A stretch of 57,122 nucleotides of DNA, filler included, from Sphacelaria rigidula (GCA_964200075.2; 4 parts of 4 records of this genome joined end to end with filler, not necessarily neighbours in it); one strand, 5' to 3'. Shown: positions 1-12,402, counted from the whole stretch's first letter. A program made the numbers and translations. Notes: generated by a model from the letters alone, not told the origin.

Positions 1-68
1 CAGGGAAAGCACGGCTTTTGAGTTGAACCTCATTTATTTTTCAACCCCATTTTCGAGAATCGGCTGTT
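1..68. mobile_element. Right end of a fold-back MITE, same family as 27402-27822, truncated by the contig start
   Basis: AAGCACGGCTTTTGAGTTGAACC...TTTTCAACCCCATTTTCGAGAATC nearly matches the right arm of the palindromic element at about 27757-27821. Confidence 0.8.
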
Positions 69-304
69 TAATGATGATGTTGACGTCTTGGATTGCAGTA
101 GCGCCGTTGAAGGATACCGAGGGTATATACACAAACACACCTTGAGGCAGGGGGCAGCGCGGAGGAAATATTCGGACAGTAGCCCCTTTTCCCTTTCCCC
201 CCCCAGAGAGCGGTTTTTCGAAACTTGTCAACATGTGTTTGGTTTTTTTGTCAACGTTGTCGCAAGAAATTGATCAATGGCGACTGTTTTGATTTTTTCT
301 GTTA

Positions 305-748
305 AACACGGGATGTTACAAAATGGGGATGGATATTTTATTGGGGATGAGAGACCCGGAGAATAAAATTTTCGTATCCACACCAAATCTTCGAAATATG
401 GTTCAAATATTTCGCCTACTGATAACTATTGACAACTGCTACACGCCATACGAATTGGAATTTCAATCACCGAAATGTTGGTGTCCTGGGTGGAAAAAAC
501 AGTTTCTGAACCATTTTGGCGCCCGTTTGGACGCCCGGAATTCCCCCAAAATGGTTTTCCCCCTAGGATCTCAACGTTTCGGTGATCGAAATCGATTTTT
601 CTACGGCGTGTAGCAGTTGTCGTGAGCAATCAATAGGTGAAAAGAGTGAAACATATTTCGAAGATTTGGTGTGGATACGAAGATTTTAATTCTCCGGGTT
701 TCTCATCCACATTAAAAGACCCATCCCCAATTTGTAAGATCCCGTGTT
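305..748. mobile_element. Fold-back MITE (444 bp) with long terminal inverted repeats (TIRs) and a 4-bp target-site duplication (TSD)
   Basis: Starts AACACGGGATGTTACAAAATGGGGATGG and ends CCATCCCCAATTTGTAAGATCCCGTGTT. The imperfect inverted match extends about 190 bp inward. GTTA is directly repeated at 301-304 and 749-752. Confidence 0.85.
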
Positions 749-839
749 GTTAACTTTGTTGCAAGAAATTGATGAGTACACACCGACAAAAACCGAAAAG
801 TCTGGTGGGCTTTGGAGGGTTTGTATATCTACCTCTTCT

Positions 840-1020
840 CCTTAATGTATATATTTATAAATATAAATAACCAATAAGGAAGGAGCATATATATGATTTA
901 TGATATGTAATATATATATGATATATACTCTATGATGCATAATACATGATATATAATTTATAATGCATAATATAAAATATATAATATATGATACATAATA
1001 CACAATAGAATATTCATATC
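840..1020. repeat. AT-rich low-complexity, degenerate (AT)n tract
   Basis: Almost entirely A/T with many ATAT runs. Confidence 0.8.
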
Positions 1021-1952
1021 AGGATATCTACTGCCCACGGCAGCTGACCGCATCCACCAACGCTTCGGCAATATACCAGGGGACACACGGCTTGGTACCC
1101 CCCCTCCTCCTGAAAAACTCAAATTTTCGATCTTGGGTCCTACGTGTCCAGAATTGTTTTTTTCGCTTGGCTGAGGCCTGGATGCGAACGTGTAGATCAG
1201 GGCTGTTTCGAGATGTTGTTCTGTAGTATGGAGCGTCCCATTGAGCTGGATGAGAGCAAGAGATGAGGTGAAATTGAAGTACACAAGGCCGATTTGCGGC
1301 GAAGAGTGACGGCCGTACCCGTGCCAGCAGTACGCCCTTTCCCATTGCTGCCGAGTGTTTGTCGACGGTAAACCGTGTATGATTGAACTGGGTCAAAGGG
1401 CTGGGCGCATAAGTGCAGAACGATATATTTTCGCGCAATATGTTGTTTTTCCCTCGTTCGAAAACCGTCAAAACAAACGATTCCATCCCATTCTACCACT
1501 GCCCATGCATTCATAGGGGTAGTGGACAGTTGATTCCACGCTCCGCACATCACTGCGGCAACAGATACTCACTCTACCCTAACCACGTTCCTGAAAAGCA
1601 ACAAGGCGCCAGAGCTGTGATTCAGTCACTGGCCTCGAGACTCTAAGCAGTGACAGGAACATCGGCCATCGCACCCACATGGGACGAAACGTTCTTGGGT
1701 CACCCACACGGAATTATTCGGCCCTTCGATGTCGTCGCCCGCAGCAAATGAGGACAGTCAGAAGACGGTACGTACACCACAAGTGTCTGAGCCACCGACA
1801 CTTATTTCTCCTCTCCGAAATAGTGGGGCGGTTGTGGTCGGTACGTCCATCCACTTTTTTCACGCACCGGCTAGACCATTCAAACCTCTTTTTCAGTAAT
1901 AGCGTGTTATACATGCGGGGCAGATGATACAGACGCTGCTCCGACTGCAGAC

Positions 1953-2226
1953 TGCAGCGAAATGATTCCAAGCCGTAGGTTTCAGTATAATCGCATGCAT
2001 GGTTAGAGCAGTAGCAGGGGACAGGGGGTCCTGGATTGATGGCTCCTATCTGTGTGGTCCCTTGCTGTCTGGCTCGTGATGTGATACGTTAAGGATCACT
2101 CCGTGATAATAACAAGTTAAAAGAAAGGACTTGTCGAGCACGAGGCCAGTGATACTGAACGAGTCCCTCGTTGAAAGTCCTCTTGTCCAGATTATTTGGC
2201 AAAGGCTATAATATCCAAAGATTTCA
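1953..2226 (+). mobile_element. 5' LTR of Gypsy family A
   Basis: Starts TG and lies just upstream of the gag remnant. It aligns along its length with 30922-31186, which follows an integrase/chromodomain and a purine tract. The 3' boundary is approximate. Confidence 0.75.
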
Positions 2227-2386
2227 TTTCGGCACTCTGTTGGAGGAGTTTAGTCCGCAGTCGGAAGGACAACTTGACGCGCACAGCAATGAAGGACGCT
2301 CCTGGTGGACACACAAGTCAGACAAGAGTCTCTCCGTGAAGTGGTGAATCCTAGACGACACGGCTCAAGCGGCGGCAGCGCCACTG

Positions 2387-3148
2387 GTGTTAGGTGAGCC
2401 GCTGGACTCGCCAAAGTATGGCGAAGTGTGGACAGAGGAGGCATCGCGAGTTTTCTACTCCAATTATCTCGACTACATAGAGAGGCTGTATCTTGCAAAT
2501 GCTCAAGGAGTCGTACGGCATGCCAGGGTGAGCATAGGTCAACTTATTTCTACGTACATTCATCGGTGCTTCGAAGGAATGTACGAGGACCGTCGGACTA
2601 TGACCCCCGACGAATTGCTAGACGCTGTGAAGCAGTATGCCGGGTACACCACGACCGGTAGCAAACATAACACTGCGTGGTCTGCAGCAGACCCGAGTAG
2701 AGTTCTTACTATGCAGCAAAGCGGTGGAGCATCCGTGAAGAGTAGAGAGATGATGGTCAACCCATCGATGGAAAACGTTTCCGCGTAAAAACTGACGGTG
2801 CAAGCCATGTACCGTGCGGGGACAGGAGCTGGTTGCTAGGCCCGGCCGAGTCGGTCTCCACAGCTTTGGTAGACAGGACTTCGCCTCCGGAATTCAAGGC
2901 GTATGTTAAAAGCATACTAACGTATGTCGACGGTGGTGTTCAACATAATATTTGATGCTGCCGACCACTGGAAGTTCATTGAGGCGCATGGCCGGCGCGA
3001 TTCTGCGGCAAATGCAGGTGGTGCGCGCCGCAGACAACAACAGCACCAGGAACAGCAGCCGTCTTCGCGAGTGTCGTCCACTCGCGCGTGTTACCACTGC
3101 GGCGACAACGGACACCTGATTAAGGACTGTCCCAAGCCTCCCGCTTAA
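2387..3148 (+). pseudogene. Gypsy family A gag remnant with CCHC zinc knuckle
   Basis: Contains CYHCGDNGHLIKDC (CX2CX4HX4C) near 3088-3130. The reading frame is broken by stops and frameshifts. Confidence 0.8.
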
Positions 3149-3644
3149 GGCGCTGCTCAGGGCAATGCGCGAGATTCATCAGGATCTCGAGACGGTCGTT
3201 ACGGTGGACGGGGCCGTGCCAACCATGAACGCGGGCGCGGCGGCGGCGGTAGCAACCAATCGGCGGCGGATGGTGGTTCCTCCGCTGATGTTTCTCCCAC
3301 TACTCCATCAGATGTGACTCTGGACTTTCTGGTCCGTCCGTGTCAGGGCGGACAGTGTACGTGGGAAATGCAAATACCTTGGTGGGGAGTTCTGGAGGGA
3401 ATAGTTTGCAACCCCTCGGCCAGGCAGGATCCGTGTCTGGTTCATCTCCTACTGCTGCGACGGCTGTTACAGCGCCGTCTGCATCTTCGACGACGTGGTT
3501 CGGGTGGACTGCCGATTCTCAACTATCGATGTCAAGTGCTGGAGCGCAGCCCTGGCGTCAGGTGACCCTTGGTACCGACCGTGGTTCTTCGGCAGGTGTA
3601 GTACCTGTCGATCGCAAGGCTGATGTTTACGCGCAGATGTTTCG

Positions 3645-4797
3645 TTGCCTGGTTACGTAGGTTTATTCATGGCCCGTGTTATCATGGAGCTAGTGTCCGC
3701 GCTCACGTCGATCGGTGTGGGGTTGCGAAAACAAATGTCTTCTCAGTTTGGCGGCGCTCAGCTGCAGAATCCGTTCGAAAACAGACCGTACACGGCACAG
3801 ACCACCACGGGTGCTCCCGTGACGGTGACACCTAAACCCGTGCCGACTGCTATTAGCGTGCGTACGCCGTGGGGGGCTGTGGAGTTGCAGCCCATTACTT
3901 CGGCTGTTATGCCCGATAGGGACAACGTGGTTCTGTTTGGGATGGCGACGATGAAAGATCTCGGGATTGATTTGTATACGCTGGCGTTAGATAAGTTACG
4001 CCCGCGTGTTGTGCCGGTGCAAACCGGCGTGGAAAACCCCAATCTTTCTGCGAGGCGTTGTGACCGTATCCATACAGTCATTCCAGAGCGCCAATGAGGA
4101 GAAGGCTTCTGCGGGTGTAGCGGTGAAGGGCTTGGTCGATCGGGCGCCCGACATATTCATGGATCCTGCGGAGGAGAGAGGTGAAAGAGAACGCACGCTA
4201 GAGGATAGCGTGCAGCAGGCCGAGCAGAAGGGCCTGAGCACCGATGGCGCACATTGTCTGCTGATATTTTGGCTCGTCGCGTGGATACCGTTCGTCGTGC
4301 GCTGCGTGATGACCCGCCAGCGCGCGTAGAGCCCATGAGGGTTCAATTCAAGCCACAGGCAACGGCGCTACGCTTGGAAAGTGTTGGTCTGTTCGTCGCT
4401 GCGCATTAGTGTACGTTTTTCGCCCGCGAAGTGATTTAGTGTGGTAAGGTGTACTCCAAGGGTAATGCTTCGCATGATTCCGTCCGTATCCAAGGTTTGA
4501 CCAATATGCGACGTCCTCAACCCGCTAGTGAGCTGATGGAGTTTCTGCAGGCGGTGAATTGATTGCGGACTTCACTCCCGCGCATGGTGGAAGTAGTTGC
4601 GCCGCTTCGTGTGTTCTTGGAACAACTTCTGGTGGGGGCTTCGCGTCGGACCAAGCGGATAGCGCGTAATGCTAACATCCAGAAGGACGCTTGAACGGAG
4701 GATCGTGTGCGGGTATGGCGTGCTGCGCAAGATTTGGTGGCGCAAGCGGTGCCGCTGTATCATCCTCGTCCAGGGTGCGCTTTTTTCACGCTTTCCT
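3645..4797 (+). pseudogene. Gypsy family A pol remnant: protease C-terminus and reverse transcriptase (RT) C-terminus, RT core missing
   Basis: DNVVLFGMATMKDLGIDL resembles a protease C-terminus. From about 4371 it reads RLESVGLFVAAH*CTFFAREVI*CGKVYS...RIQGLTNMRRPQPASELMEFLQAVN*LRTSLPRM, typical of a Gypsy RT thumb, with in-frame stops. Confidence 0.75.
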
Positions 4798-5413
4798 GAA
4801 ATGCACCAAGGGGAGCTCATTGCTCGCCGCATCGCCGAGGGATGCGGACGGTGTGTCGTAGCGACTCAAGTATAGGCCTACGATACAACCGGTGTTGGGG
4901 GGCTACGATCTGATATCTGACCAGNNNNNNNNNNAAGGGGGGGGGGGGGGTTAAAAGGGGGTGGGGGGGGGGGGGGGGGGGGGGGCTATGATCTGATATC
5001 TGACCAGATCGGATTGAGGGGTTCTGAAATCCACCAAGGTGAGCTCATTGCTCGCCGCATCGCCGAGGGATGCGGACGGTGTGTCGTAGCGACTCAAGTA
5101 TAGGCCTACGATACAACCGGTGTTGGGGGGCTACGATCTGATATCTGACCAGATCGGGGGGGTGCTGGGAAGCAGCCTGGGCAGCGGCATATGGAACGGG
5201 CACGTGGGCTGTGTCCGAAGGCGTCTTTTCTACAAGGCAAAATGTTCGAGCCCGAGTATTATTTCCACAGTACAGCAAAAGATTATACTTTGCACTGATG
5301 AGGGGGGGACGTGGTGCGCTAGAAAAACCTGCGCGGTTACGGGGCCATTTCTCCTTCCTCGACAAGGGGCGGGGACCATCTGATACTACAAGAAAAAGCA
5401 CAATCGGGCCGGA

Positions 5414-5638
5414 CTGAGGTGATGTCAAACATCGTGGGGTGGTGACGCAAAACTTGTGGGCTTCCATCCGAGGGCAAATTTTGTCGCTAAAACCACAGTA
5501 CTCCCGACGGGAGTCATCTGTAAATACAGGAAAAGGTCAATCAGGCCTGACTGAGGTGATGTGAGCAAACATCGAGGGGGTGGTCACGCAAAACTCGTGG
5601 GCATACATCCGAAGGCAAATTTTGTTGCTAAAACCACA
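5414..5638. repeat. Imperfect direct repeat, two copies of about 85 bp
   Basis: CTGAGGTGATGT..AAACATCG.GGGGTGGT.ACGCAAAACT.GTGGGC...GCTAAAACCACA occurs at about 5414-5498 and about 5551-5638. Confidence 0.75.
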
Positions 5639-6785
5639 ATTCGTCAATTTTCAGGCGAGTCCTGAAAACAGGCCCAACTCGTAGTACCGTTGACGGAAAA
5701 CAAAAACATACACCATGACAAGGAAATCGGTCAGGCGGCGTTGTCCCGGATGGCGGAAATCGAACACGGTAGACTCGAATCAATTGTGCCAACGTCAACA
5801 ACGCGACGGCCAGTACTACATGCGTGTGCTGTTACAGGGGGAAGCTACGGTCTCAACGACTGACGGTTCAGCTTCCCACACCTTAGAACCATGCTGCGCG
5901 GTGAGGTACCGCAGCACACAAAAGGGCGCCCGGAGGGGAGAGGGGGGGTTTGAGCATCCACTAATATTTGGGGTGCTCGCCGAGGTACAGGGGGGCGTTC
6001 CAATTCGGCACAAGGCAAATCAACCATATGCTACTACAGCATGAGCCATCAAAACCAATTTTCAACCACCACCAACGTAATAGATCGGCGGGCACACAGT
6101 TTGCACATGGCACAGTGGCACGTGCGATACTTGTTCGAAGGCAGAGTGGACACACTGTAGTGAGGCAGAGTTACGGTTGGCTACATGCACGAGGCGGAAG
6201 TTGAAGGCAGTTCCAGCCAAATCGACGCGTGGTCGGGAAACCAACAAAGTGCGTCACAATGACACTCACGCGGATAGCAACAAGCGGGAACAGGATCAAG
6301 AGCAGCTACAGCAAATCGCTCAGCAGCTACAAGCAGTGTACCAACGGAGGTGCAGATTCGTATCATGAATACGCGAAGCGAGGGCAAAGAACCGCAGTCT
6401 TCACTACAGGTGTACAATGCAACCGAGCCCAGAGTGGGCTGAGGCCCACGACAGTCAGAGTAGACCAGGGGCGCCCCATGAAATACAAGTAAAACAAATA
6501 CGCAAAAAGTAAAAACGAGTTACTCACTACAGCTGCAGAAAAACACAACGCCAAGCAACACGAAGACTTCCCAACCAAGCAGAACAAGGTCCGTTTATCG
6601 ACGCCAATTGTAATAAAGAGGGAGTAGCTAATGCAGTGGCGGGGGTCTCTCAGTATGAGTGCCAGGAGATACCATGGTGTCAGCTCACCAAGCTCCCACG
6701 TGGGCAAACTCACACAGACCTAGCTATCATTCCTTGACTCATTCTTTCAGAATTTTTCTCTCGCCTCCGGACACGCGATTTAAAA

Positions 6786-7559
6786 TTGTCTCCGTCAAAA
6801 GCTCGCCTTGGTGCGACTGAATTGGATTTTCTAGGCCACTCTATTTCACCGGCGGGTCTACACCCGGACACTGATAAAGTACGAGCAATGACCGAGATGC
6901 CCATGCCTACCAACATTTCACAGCTCCGCTCCTTGTTGGGTGGACTGTCATACTATCGCAAATTTTTGCCAAGTTTGTCCAAACGGATCCCACCCATTAC
7001 GGACCTCTTTAAAAAAGGCGTCGCGTTTGTCTTTAGAGAAGATATGGAAGTCATTGTACGCGATTTGTTGAAAACACTTAACGCAAAACCGGTTTTTTGT
7101 TTTCCGGACTGGGGCGCCGTGCAAGACGGCTCTCGCCTCTTTCAACTACATACTGACGCTAGTATAGATGTATTCGGCGCGGTATTGAATCAGCCCCACC
7201 TTGATGGCTCCGTGCGACCCATCCTTTACATCAGCCGTGCAACCTTGCCCAATGAACTCAATTGGAGTCCCCTGGAGTTAGAAGGTGGAGCTATTACCTG
7301 GGCTACGAAACGACTTCGACAATACTTGTTCCAAGTCCCCTTCCAGATTTATACGGATCATGGAGCCCTTGAACAACTCGCGAAGGTTGGTGAACATAAC
7401 CCGCGCGTGCAACGCTGGTTAGAGTTTTTGACAGCCTACCAATATACAGTCAAACATCGACCAGGAAAAACCAATGGGAATGCTGATCTTCTCTCCCGCC
7501 TTCCGCTGCCTCCTACGGCTGTGGATACTAGCCCCGCTTGTAGGTTAAACAGAACCTGA
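6786..7559 (+). pseudogene. Gypsy B pol: RT C-terminus and RNase H
   Basis: Motifs LSPSKA..FLGHSIS, LRSLLGGLSYYRKF, FQLHTDAS, WSPLELEGGAITWA, IYTDHGAL, RVQRW, HRPGKTNGNADLLSR. Confidence 0.93.
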
Positions 7560-8136
7560 TGAACCAGGCATCTATCCAATTCGGCGTTTTTCAACGTCTA
7601 TCTACGCCCTTGACCTCCACTTCCATGAAACAGGTACGCACATGGGTGAACCCCGCCCTCTACCCCACGACGCAGTGTTGAGTGGATTGAAACCGGCCGC
7701 CGCCGATTTCGCTGATTTCCGTACTTCCGGTCCTCGTGCAAATATTTCCGTACCGCCACCTACTACTATTCAGCTTATTTCGGACAATACGCGCTCTCGG
7801 TCTGCCGCCCGCGCGAACACCCCTCGCGTACCGCCGCCCTCGATTCAGCATCCTCATTCTCCGAACGACGGAGCACTGTCTCCCCGCAACAGCGCGTCGA
7901 TGACCTTGTCAAAACCAGTCACACAAAAATCGCGCCCCCGACGTCGATCGCGTTCTCCAGCGCGCACGCCCACGCCGCCTTCTGCGGTACACTGTTCGAT
8001 CATCCCTTCTGAAGAGAAGACGAACACTTCGGACCCTGACCCCGACGTATAAATTGATGTTGGTGTCCCCGCTCCGTCTCCTGTTCCACCCCCTCCTAAG
8101 CCCCCATGTCTGGTTGGCTCTCCTGCCGAAGGTCAC

Positions 8137-9384
8137 TTGCGCGAATTCCTCGCAAGCTATTCACATCGTGACTGGGCTCGTGAACAACAGGCCGAGCCAT
8201 TATGCCGGGCTACCATGCAATATTTGCACCTTGGCTGTCCTGTCCCAATTCCAGAAACAGTGTCGGTCTCGGTTGGTACACTACCACCCCCGCACGCCTC
8301 TGATGTCTTTGAACTTGCCCGCAAAGGTACAATTTTTACAACCGATGCCGGTTTTCAATTACTGGTTCGTCGTCCGACATCTTCTTCCAGTGCACATTTG
8401 ACCGCTGCCATTGGCCGCCATGCACGCTTGCTTGCCGATGAGCCCACTCGCATTTATGTTCCATTCTTGATGCGCCCATGGGTCATGAAAGGATGTCATT
8501 CAGACTTGTCTTGCCACCTTGGTGTCACGCGCACTTTAGCGCTATTTGAGCGTTTCTACTGGTGGATTGGTATGGAAGCGTCAACCCGCTTTTGGACTAG
8601 GCGATGTTTTAAATGTCAAGCCCGGAAAACCTCCCGGCAAACCATCCGTTGGCCAGTTATTTCCATGAGCCTCCCCAATGCTCCCGGTCACCTGGTGTCA
8701 TTTGACTATTTCGGTCCTTTACCGACAACTGATCGTGGGAACACTTATATCCTACTCTTTACTGATCGCTTTAGCCGTCACGCGTCAATGTACGCAGTTA
8801 CCGCTGGCGACTTTACAGCCGCAGGCACAGCTAATATCTTAATCCACGACTATATTAAGCACTATGGTTGCCCGCATCGACTTCTCTCTGACAATGGTCC
8901 GCAGTTCTGCTCTGATCTTTCGGAAGAACTCTACAAGCTCTTAGGCATTCGCAGAATCGCGACGAGCGCCTACCACCCCAACGGTAACGGTGGCACCGAA
9001 CGAGTTAATCACACCATGGCTCAAATGTTATCTATGGTTGTCAATGATTGCAAAAATGATTGGGATCTTCACCTGTCACATGCCATGCTGTCCTACAACA
9101 ATTCAGTTCACGCTGTCACCGGTCTTTCCCCAAACGAGCTGCACCTTGGCCGCTATCCGCGTCTACCCATCACAGTGTTTGAAAGGCACACCTTCGACGG
9201 TCATCAAGGCTTGGATCAGGATCAGATTTCCTACAATGCCCTGGCACGTGCGCGCCAATGCAAAGCGTTCACTTTAGTACGTGAACAAAACGCTATTAAC
9301 GCTGCGCGCATTGAGAGATCAAATACCGCTCTCTACCATATTATGCATAAGCGCCCCACGTGGAAGGTTGGTAACTGGGTTTAG
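8137..9384 (+). pseudogene. Gypsy B integrase (HHCC zinc finger and DDE core)
   Basis: HSDLSCHLG...CFKC, then FDYFGPLP, SDNGPQF and YHPNGNGGTERVN. A TAG at 9382-9384 interrupts the frame, which resumes in the next ORF. Confidence 0.95.
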
Positions 9385-10345
9385 GTTTACAACAGTTTGT
9401 CGAGTGTTCGCCAAGGCACTAACAGAGCTGCTAATGAGACAGCCTTGAAAACGAAATTGTCTCTTAACTGGACTGGGCCATTTAAGATTTTAACCGTAGG
9501 ACCTTCGCCCACGTCCCCTGATGGTAGACCTGTTGGCGATAAGCTCCTTTACCTTGATCTCCCTCGTGATTTTCACGCACGCGACGCCAAATCTCGCGTC
9601 TCTGTGCACAGATGCGAACCTTGCACGAATCCGCATAACACGAGCGACATGCCGAAATATTTGCCTGCCGGCCTCACGCAATATTTGCTCAACAGTTATT
9701 CGACCAAATCACCGCCTTATCACATTACCACTGATGACGTGACGGAACAACCCCTCCGCTTGGCCGTTTCTCACATTTCTGGACACCAGATCACTCGTGG
9801 TCCAGGTGGTAAGATGGCTGTAAAGTACAAAACTCATTGGCAAGGTCTTCGACGAGCGTCGTGGGGACGCGAGTCCGACCTGCAGTTGCACCGCCGTGCT
9901 ATCCTTCTGTACTGGACTCAACCCCAACAGCAGCATATCGCTAATGATATGCGATACCGTGCCATGCGCTGTGGCGCAGCGGCACGCGAACTTCACCGCG
10001 ACAAAGGTTTGCGTTTTGTCGCCGATGGGTATGAACTCGTGCCCACCAAACATTGGAAAACAAAGATTCACGCTAAACAAGGAGCCCTTCCCAAAGGTGC
10101 CTATTTGTGGTACAAAGGCAGCGACAATCTTTGGTGGTTAAGGTCAAATTCATTCCGCTGACCCGAACACCCCCAACACTTACATCGTGCGTTTCATCGA
10201 TGATCCTGGGCCTGTACAACTCAAGCTTCGCCCTGAGTTATATACCATCAGCCCCTCCGCTCAACACCGCTCATGGTGCCTCCAGCGGCTGAAATCAAAA
10301 GGTCTCGCCCGTGGCATCCAACGCAACATCGATCACACACACGAT
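9385..10345 (+). pseudogene. Gypsy B integrase C-terminus: GPY/F motif, chromodomain and a further Tudor/PWWP-like domain
   Basis: KLSLNWTGPFKI is the GPY/F motif. VSHISGHQITRGPGGKMAVKYKTHWQGLRRASW is chromo-like. GAYLWYKGSDNLWWL continues, after removing one A at about 10141, as GQIHSADPNTPNTYIVRFIDDPGPVQLKL. Confidence 0.75.
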
Positions 10346-11051
10346 GTTCACGCGCCACTTTGAGGTTTTCCTTGCCTCGCTCTTTCTCCAAACCTTTCTC
10401 TTTCTCCTTCTTTGCCCTGTGTAGCTGTCGCACAGTTTACCCCCCCCCCGCCTTGACCCCAGGTCACTTTGTTCCGCCATCAGCTGTCGACCTCTCGCTC
10501 GGACCATGGAGCTCTACTTTCCCCTTCTGCTGCCGACCTTCCTCCTCACAAATCTTCAGCGCCTTCCGCTCCTGGAACCTTCTTCATGAATATTCGACAT
10601 CTTCATTCCACGCTGCTGGAGTTTGCCGGAGTTGCTCTTTTCATGCTCTTGTTTTGCCCTCCTGGCCCCACCGGACTTTCAAAGTCCTACCGTTGCTGCC
10701 TTCATTCGCTTTTCTACTACGCCGTCACTTAGCAGGATTGTGCTGTTGCGTTTTTGTCATCTGGTTTAGCTAGCGCAATAAAACATGTTTTGGTTCTTCC
10801 GTAGAGTTCGCTAGCCCGCAGTAAGCATTGCGTGCTTCTGCGCCGTCAAGCGTGCTTACGCTTTCCGTAGCAGTTTTCGCTTTCTTTTCGTCGTTCGAGG
10901 TGTGGGAAAGTCGGGCTTATTGCCCTCTGCGTCTTGAATGCTGTTATTTTTCTTGTCTTTTCATGACTTACGACGAGAAAAACCTCCATCTTCGCTGCTC
11001 TCTGGGGTTCTTTTGTCGCAACTGCGATAGAGGTTCGTCTGGAGAGGCGAA

Positions 11052-11434
11052 TGTCATGAAGACAAGCAGCATTAAGTTTTCAATTTTCGGATTTGGATGA
11101 CAGATCTGATCGGAGGGTCAGATATAGTGTGTACACCTATTAAAACGGTATGAGCAGAAGTTCAGAGCGCACCCTTAGGTACTGTTTTCGAGCACCCAGG
11201 AGCTATCAACATCTGACTATTATCCGATTGGTGAGCCACAAGCGTGGAAGAGCATTGAGCAAGAAGAAAAAGCATTCTATAAACAAGAGTCTTGAGTCAA
11301 GTAGACATCAACCTATTGTGCGTGAACTCCTCATGAGTTGTGTCCCAGATAAGGAGCCTGACGTGCCGTGCTGGACGCGTTTCTGTACCTAAACCGAGAG
11401 TGCCCCTCGGCTAAAGCACCAACACATCGTGACA
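11052..11434 (+). mobile_element. 3' LTR of Gypsy family B
   Basis: Begins TGTCATG immediately after the purine tract and ends CGTGACA, giving inverted termini TGTCA...TGACA. Confidence 0.85.
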
Positions 11435-11690
11435 GAGAGCCATTATCCGTGAAGAAATAAATGGGGACGACGCTAATTCGAATGGGAGGCGATTAAAAAC
11501 TCATTTACCCTTGCTCGTAGCGAAGGCTGTCTCCTCCTTTTCTTTCTCCGCTATTGGGATTTGGTGGAATGCATTCTGCACATCGAAGACAGAGATATAT
11601 ATTTCCCCTGCTACCGTATCGATATGAGATTCCATTTGAGGCATTGGCCATGACTTACGCACTAGACGTTTGTTGAAGCCGTGTCTTAGC
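11435..11690 (-). pseudogene. Fragment of a third Gypsy RT, abutting the family B LTR
   Basis: Reads WPMPQMESHIDTVAGEIYISVFDVQNAFHQIPIAEKEKEETAFATSKGK*VFNRLPFELASSP, matching conserved Gypsy RT motifs (D...AFHQI, TAF.T, R.PFGL..SP). Confidence 0.88.
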
Positions 11691-12165
11691 ACTTTTTTTT
11701 TCGATCGAAAAAACGAGCAGTGGAATTGAGTAAAGTGAAAAATTCTCGTTGTGATGCAGTTGGGTCCGGATTGACTTTAAAGCTTTCGATCGAAAAAAGA
11801 CAGTGAAATTCGTGAAACGGCACATGGTCTGTACTGTTTGCACTGCTTGCAAGCAGGGTGTCTTGAGTGGGTGTGTGCGTGTGTGCGTGCTTCGTGCAGG
11901 AGAAGATAAAGGGGAAGTGGACAATGAGCAGTGCAGACAGCCCAAGACTGTCAGTTCTCTCTGCTTACAACGCGACTCGAAAATAACTTCAGCAACGCGT
12001 AGCTTTGTACTGCCTGCACTGTTCATGAGCGTGCACGCAACTCGGTTGCCCACCGTACCGCACGCGTTCCGTCCCTGATGACCACCATAAGAGAAGATGC
12101 GCAAGTTTTCGCCAACAAAAAATATACAAAGCACTACCCAACTACTTTCGTGTAGAGCAGTGCTA

Positions 12166-12402
12166 CGATAGGGGTTGCACTTTTTGTTTCTGGGCCTCGT
12201 TTTTGTAGGAGTCCAAATATATGGGGCTTACTGTGCAAACCAAATCTTCGGGGACACGACATGGAAATACACACAGGGGCCTTTTCTTTCGTGAACCGGC
12301 ATCATTTTCGGTCTTTTTCAAGTGAAAATGATGCCGATTCTCAAAATGATCCGTGCAACACACCCCAAGAAACATTTTCGCTCAAAAAGTGCACCCCTAC
12401 CG
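12166..12402. mobile_element. Tc1/mariner-type MITE (237 bp) with TA TSD
   Basis: TA|CGATAGGGGTTGCACTTTTTG ... CAAAAAGTGCACCCCTACCG|TA. Confidence 0.75.

Larger units (their letters stand above)
6710..11434 (+). mobile_element. 5'-truncated Ty3/Gypsy chromovirus-like retrotransposon, family B (RT end, RNase H, integrase, chromodomain, polypurine tract, 3' LTR)
   Basis: Domain order RT, RNase H, integrase is Gypsy-type. The purine tract GGAGAGGCGAA at 11041-11051 is followed by an LTR. Confidence 0.92.

Noticed and set aside
4798..5155. Biological tandem duplication of about 125 bp
   Set aside because: The copies flank an N gap and poly-G runs, so this is probably a scaffolding overlap.
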